This document shows, one piece after another, positions 59,241 through 64,000 of a stretch of DNA of 64,000 nucleotides (within the stretch, counting starts at the first letter, position 1; each line of letters begins with the position of its first letter). Location of the stretch: IMG/VR virus record IMGVR_UViG_3300032242_001844. One strand, written 5' to 3'. The translations under genes and the position numbers were made by a program. The DNA is from a virus. The notes beneath the pieces were generated by a model. That model made no database searches and was not told the origin of the DNA. It saw only the letters and a list, made by a program, of their open reading frames with translations.

Positions 59241-62200
59241 ATGAGCAATATAGATCAAGCCGCAGAAGACCTTTTCTTTAAATTAAGAAATCGTTTTCCT
59301 AAGATTAATATGGGTAATGATTCTGGGTCAGACACAGTTGATCCAGAAAAAGCTCGTTTTTTTAATTTTGAATATGTCGATAAAGAAAGTCAACGCCCTT
59401 ATGGTAGAATTACTTGCAGTCTAATTGATGGTAGCAGTCTTAAAGTGTTTTTTGATACTGCTATTACAGATAGAATGATACCCGCAGATAAGAATTATTG
59501 GTATAGATTTCTTAGAGAATTACGCCGCATGGCAAAAAGCCATATGCTTAATTTTGATGTACGAGATATTACAAAAGATACTCTTAGCAGACAAGATTTA
59601 CAATACATGACAAAACTTAACCCAGAGAAGAAAAAAATGAAAGAATCATTAGAAGAAAGCCGTGTATTATGGCAGCGCCGTGGAAAATTCAGTGAAGGAA
59701 CACTTAACAATGTTCGTATTAATGTTGTCCACAATGAAAAGATGTTGGAAAATACCAATAACCGTTTGCTTAAGGTAGATAGAATTTATCTAGTAAATGA
59801 AAATGGTGAAAAGTTCCTCCTTCCATTTAAGAGCGTTGGTGGTGCTAAGGCAATGGCAAACCATGTATCTCGTGGCGGCAATCCATACGATCCACAAGGA
59901 CAAATTATTTCTCGTGCGGTTAGTGAAATGAAGAACCTAAGCCGTTTCACTAGTGTTACTCGTACTCGTACATTTGAAGCAGCAGAAGCAACAGCAGTTA
60001 TTACTGCTGCGCAACAAATGAAAGAAAGTATTAAACGCCATTTAAGTCGCTTGACCAATAACAGTCGTTCTTTCAGCGAAAGTTTAGAAGCACTCAGTGA
60101 TCTTATTAGTGAAAACACAGAAGATTTAAGTGAAGTTAAGGGCTGGTTTACACAACAAACATATAATGAAAACCTAGACAATTATCTAGCAAGTGCTGCT
60201 GGTGCATATCGCAAATTAAAAGAAAATGCAACTATTGATGAAGCCGCTGGTGCCGTTGAAAAGAAAATTATGGACCCTAACTTTAAGTTAGTTCTTAAGA
60301 AAGATGAGGGTCTTGATAAGCTAATGAGCAGCCGCAAGTATACCGATACTACTGCGCTATTGACTACTATTCTAGGTGATATTGCAAATCGTCTTATTAC
60401 AAAAGATGGCGACGATGTTGCTAATTTTGCTGCACTAATGGGCGATCTTATTAGCAGTGAAGGCGAAGCATTTGGTCAAAAGCGTGAACCAGAATACATT
60501 AAAGACAAAAAACTTTCTATTGTACTCGCTCAAAAATATATGAAAGATTTAAACGCAATTCGTGATAACCCTGAATATGAAGCAGAAGTTCGCCAAGACC
60601 CAACTTCTCGCAAGACTATGAAAGGTCCAGTGAGTGATGAAGGCGATGATTTTGAAGAAAGCATTATGCGCATTGGCGAAGAAAATCATGGTGCAAGCGT
60701 AGAAGATATCACTGATGCTATTAGTCATCGTTTAATGCGCAGCGGTGCTGCAAATAAACTACTTAGTTCACATGGTCTTGATGCTGTTATTGATGCTATT
60801 AGTAATATTGCGCAGCAACATGCTGGTGCACCTGAACTTGGTAGCAGTGATATTAGTATTATGGTTAATCAAGTTATGCAAGACCTTGGTGTAAAAGAAG
60901 GCACAGTTAAAGAAAGTGGACTTCAATACTATACTGGTAAAAAGAAATACGGCAAAGATGGTATGGAAGCACTTGCAAAAGCAGGTCGTGAAGGCGCTAG
61001 TCAAGAACAACTTGGCAAGATTAAAGACAAATATATGAAGAAAGAAGATGCTGTCAGTGAAGGTCCAATGAGTGCTGAGCCAGATTATGAAGTTACTGTA
61101 AATGGCAAGCCAGTTGATATTCATTCACTAGAAGTTGAAAATCCATACCCAGAAGATTACCCAGATTTTAGTGATGCTTATTTTAGTGCTGGGCAATTTA
61201 CAGATGGTACTCCAATGAGCGATCAAGAACTTGAGCAATTGGGTAGTGAAAATGGTGACTTGCTTCATACAGCAGCGCATGATAATTTTAATGGTATGTA
61301 TGACGAAGGCATTGAAGAAGGAATTGGCAAGGCTGCATGGGAACTAGGCAAAGGCGCAGTAAAAGTTCCAGCAAAAGCAATTGGTAGACTTGCTGGTGGC
61401 GTAGGCACTGGTATCGCAAATGCCGCTGGTAAAGTAGTAACGGGTGCTCTTAAAGGCGCTGGTGATATTGCCAAAGGTACAGCTAAAGGAGCGTTCGCTG
61501 CATTAAAAGGCGCAGGTAAAGATATAGCTGCCACTGCTAAAAATGTAAAACAAGCTTACAAAGAAGATGAACTAAGCGAAGAGCCAAATGAAGGCAACGA
61601 GTTCAGTGGCAATCTTGCAAAGGCAAAAGCTGCTGGTAAGAAAGAATTTGAAGTAGATGGCAAAACTTACCCAGTTAAAGAAGAAGAAAAAGAAAAAACA
61701 AAGGAAACCCCAATGAAAAAAGATATTGAAGAAATGAGAAAGTTGGCAGGTTTGCCTTTGATGGAAAACTACATCTATGCTCAAGAAGAAGAAAGTGAAG
61801 AACACGAAGCTGGTGAAAGCCATGATGAAGAACATGCAGAGCACAAAGGCAATGCACCTAGTAGTGATGATAAGGCAGAATATGATCAAGAAGGTCGTAT
61901 GGCAAAGAGCGACTTGAAAACTGCAAAAGATGCCGCTGATGAACTTCGTTCAATCCTAGATGATGATGAAAACTTACCAGAATGGGTACAGGCTAAGATT
62001 ACAAAGGCTGTTGATTATCTAGACACTGCTCGTGATTATATGAAAGACAACGATGTAGAATATACTGCTGAAGCAGCAGCCAAAAAGAAGCCAGATGCAG
62101 ATGGTGATGGCGTTCCAGATTGGGCAGATAAGAAGCCAGGCAAAGATGACAATGCTGACAAGGACGATGATGACAAGTCAGAAAAGAAAGGCATGAGTGC

Positions 62201-62309
62201 TAAACAAGAAAAATATTTTGGCAAGAAAAATGAATCAGTTAGAGAAAGTCGTACAACTCCTGCTGATCTAAAGTGGTTACAAGCTGTGGCGGGAATTATA
62301 AACAAATGA
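59241..62309 (+). CDS. Large acidic modular head/prohead-core-like protein
   Basis: Follows the terminase; many (L/I/V)xE sites, a G/A/K amphipathic block and a DxDGDGVPD motif. Confidence 0.6.
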   Translation: MSNIDQAAEDLFFKLRNRFPKINMGNDSGSDTVDPEKARFFNFEYVDKESQRPYGRITCSLIDGSSLKVFFDTAITDRMIPADKNYWYRFLRELRRMAKSHMLNFDVRDITKDTLSRQDLQYMTKLNPEKKKMKESLEESRVLWQRRGKFSEGTLNNVRINVVHNEKMLENTNNRLLKVDRIYLVNENGEKFLLPFKSVGGAKAMANHVSRGGNPYDPQGQIISRAVSEMKNLSRFTSVTRTRTFEAAEATAVITAAQQMKESIKRHLSRLTNNSRSFSESLEALSDLISENTEDLSEVKGWFTQQTYNENLDNYLASAAGAYRKLKENATIDEAAGAVEKKIMDPNFKLVLKKDEGLDKLMSSRKYTDTTALLTTILGDIANRLITKDGDDVANFAALMGDLISSEGEAFGQKREPEYIKDKKLSIVLAQKYMKDLNAIRDNPEYEAEVRQDPTSRKTMKGPVSDEGDDFEESIMRIGEENHGASVEDITDAISHRLMRSGAANKLLSSHGLDAVIDAISNIAQQHAGAPELGSSDISIMVNQVMQDLGVKEGTVKESGLQYYTGKKKYGKDGMEALAKAGREGASQEQLGKIKDKYMKKEDAVSEGPMSAEPDYEVTVNGKPVDIHSLEVENPYPEDYPDFSDAYFSAGQFTDGTPMSDQELEQLGSENGDLLHTAAHDNFNGMYDEGIEEGIGKAAWELGKGAVKVPAKAIGRLAGGVGTGIANAAGKVVTGALKGAGDIAKGTAKGAFAALKGAGKDIAATAKNVKQAYKEDELSEEPNEGNEFSGNLAKAKAAGKKEFEVDGKTYPVKEEEKEKTKETPMKKDIEEMRKLAGLPLMENYIYAQEEESEEHEAGESHDEEHAEHKGNAPSSDDKAEYDQEGRMAKSDLKTAKDAADELRSILDDDENLPEWVQAKITKAVDYLDTARDYMKDNDVEYTAEAAAKKKPDADGDGVPDWADKKPGKDDNADKDDDDKSEKKGMSAKQEKYFGKKNESVRESRTTPADLKWLQAVAGIINK

Positions 62310-62539
62310 ACGACGCAATCGCAGATATCAAAAGACTCAGTGGTTTAGTTGAATCACAAACAATAAACGAAGCAAATGTTAATAGCATTGATGATGCCAT
62401 CAATACCCTTTCAAGTTTAAGAAAAATGGCAAAGAATCAGCAGTTATCACGCGAATATACTGCTGAACTTGCCAATGATGTTGTTGAGAACTTATATCCT
62501 GTTATTTTATTTTTAGATAACATTAGAAGAACTGCATAA
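62306..62539 (+). CDS. Small hypothetical protein
   Basis: IKRLSGLVE motif; start refined to MNDAIA. Confidence 0.55.
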   Translation: MNDAIADIKRLSGLVESQTINEANVNSIDDAINTLSSLRKMAKNQQLSREYTAELANDVVENLYPVILFLDNIRRTA

Positions 62540-62574
62540 TAATTATTTGAAAGCATTGCCTAATTAAATAGGTT

Positions 62575-63909
62575 ATGCTTTCAAATACATTCTGTTCAAG
62601 TCCGTGGATTCATTTAAGAGTTCTGCCCAATGGAAATTATAATACATGTCGATGGGCAGCTAATAAAAATGTTAGCCAAAATATAAATCAAATCAGTTTA
62701 CAAGAGTTCTATAATGGCACTGAGATGTCAGAACTTCGCAGTGAATTATTGGATGGAAAAACTCCTTCTATTTGTGCTAGTTGCCAATACGAAGACAAAC
62801 ATAACAAACTAAGTGGCAGACGCAAGCAATTATTAAAAAGTGCGGTTACCGAAGCAGATTTTGATTTAAAAATGCGAGCTAGTCCGCATTATAAACATTT
62901 CAAATATAGTTGGGAAAATGCAGGAAAATCTGATTATCATCCAGTAGATTTGCAAATAGATTTAGGAAACATTTGTAACAGTGCTTGCATTATGTGTTCT
63001 CCAATGTATAGCAGTCGTCTTGAAAAAGATTATATTAAACTAAACTCATTGGCCGATGATTTATTTGAATTTCCCTTCAATAGTCAAAGTTGGACCAAAA
63101 ATCCTGAATTGATTGATAAATTTGTTGAAGAGATTGGACAAATCCCCAAGTTAAATTATATACATTTTTTGGGTGGAGAGACGCTATATGATGCAGCTTT
63201 CTATGCAATATGCGATAAATTAATAGAAAAAAATTTAGCAAAGGATATTATTGTTGGAACAACTACAAATGCTACAATATACAACAAAAAGATAGAGACA
63301 TATATTAAAAGTTTTCGTCAATTTCATTTAGGAATTAGTATAGAAAGCGTAACTAATTTAAATGATTATATTAGATATCCAAGTAAAATAGAGTCTGTTC
63401 TTGAAATAATTAATAAATTTTCTGCATTGAGAAAAGATAATAGATTATTTTTAAGTTTACGAATAACGCCTAATATTTTTACAATTTCTGAATTTGATAA
63501 ACTTGCCAGATATATGATAGAATATAATATATCAGCAGAAAGTTGTAATATACTAAACAGACCTAGTGTTCTTCGAATGGAATTAATGCCAGATGATATT
63601 AGGCAAGAAACAGTAGAACGATTAAAAGCAGTCATAGATGAATATAATTTAATTAAAAATAGTAATTTAGTTAATACGAGAAGCAATAAAACGGTAGATC
63701 AAAACATAGCAAATACTATTATAGAATACTATGATTTTATTTTGAACTATAGTATACCAGATAATGCAGAACAAGAACGCAAGAATTTAATTAGATTTTT
63801 AAATTCTTTCGAACATTTGAGAAACAATAGGATTACTGATTATGCTCCGAGATACACAGAATTTCTCAGAAATTATGGTTATGGAGACAAGAAACAAACT
63901 GCGGATTGA
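62575..63909 (+). CDS. Twitch/SPASM-domain radical SAM protein
   Basis: N-terminal C..PW...C...C..C; CNSACIMC; GGE; TTN. Confidence 0.85.
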   Translation: MLSNTFCSSPWIHLRVLPNGNYNTCRWAANKNVSQNINQISLQEFYNGTEMSELRSELLDGKTPSICASCQYEDKHNKLSGRRKQLLKSAVTEADFDLKMRASPHYKHFKYSWENAGKSDYHPVDLQIDLGNICNSACIMCSPMYSSRLEKDYIKLNSLADDLFEFPFNSQSWTKNPELIDKFVEEIGQIPKLNYIHFLGGETLYDAAFYAICDKLIEKNLAKDIIVGTTTNATIYNKKIETYIKSFRQFHLGISIESVTNLNDYIRYPSKIESVLEIINKFSALRKDNRLFLSLRITPNIFTISEFDKLARYMIEYNISAESCNILNRPSVLRMELMPDDIRQETVERLKAVIDEYNLIKNSNLVNTRSNKTVDQNIANTIIEYYDFILNYSIPDNAEQERKNLIRFLNSFEHLRNNRITDYAPRYTEFLRNYGYGDKKQTAD

Positions 63910-64000
63910 CATAGAACTTACGCTGCATCGTGATCCTAGTTTTAAATTTTTTGTTAACAACATCCTATTAACTGAACCAGTAACAACTTTATATTTTGAT
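63881..64000 (+). CDS. Partial hypothetical protein
   Basis: METRNKLRIDIEL..., open to the window end. Confidence 0.45.
   Translation, partial: METRNKLRIDIELTLHRDPSFKFFVNNILLTEPVTTLYFD

Overview
This is a 64 kb AT-rich segment of a large T4-like (myovirus/jumbo-type) bacteriophage genome in the standard genetic code. The host is probably an alphaproteobacterium of Hyphomicrobiales type. 1-4.6 kb: a putative PAPS/sulfation cassette. 5.1-15.1 kb: a minus-strand array of 22 tRNA genes covering 17 amino acids, plus two further tRNA-like RNAs, interleaved with 2OG-Fe(II) oxygenase, SGNH and GT-like genes. 15.4-18.7 kb: a Pho-box-controlled pstS and a DNA methyltransferase/TAGT glycosyltransferase cassette. 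19-43 kb: accessory genes (tail fibre, FliL-like protein, outer-membrane barrel, B12 radical SAM enzymes, UDP-sugar dehydrogenase). 43-64 kb: the structural module (neck, sheath, tube, gp4-like protein, terminase, head-associated proteins). The standout observation is an unannotated ribosome-dependent transcription attenuator at the head of the tRNA array (15176-15367, minus strand). It consists of a promoter, a 26-aa leader peptide (MTNTPKHNDYNICRMPEGFWIEGACA) whose first 20 codons sample 15 different amino acids that all have tRNAs in the array, and mutually exclusive antiterminator and terminator hairpins. It is a candidate pan-tRNA depletion sensor that switches on phage tRNA supply. All calls come from reading the sequence by eye. 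No searches or folding programs were run.
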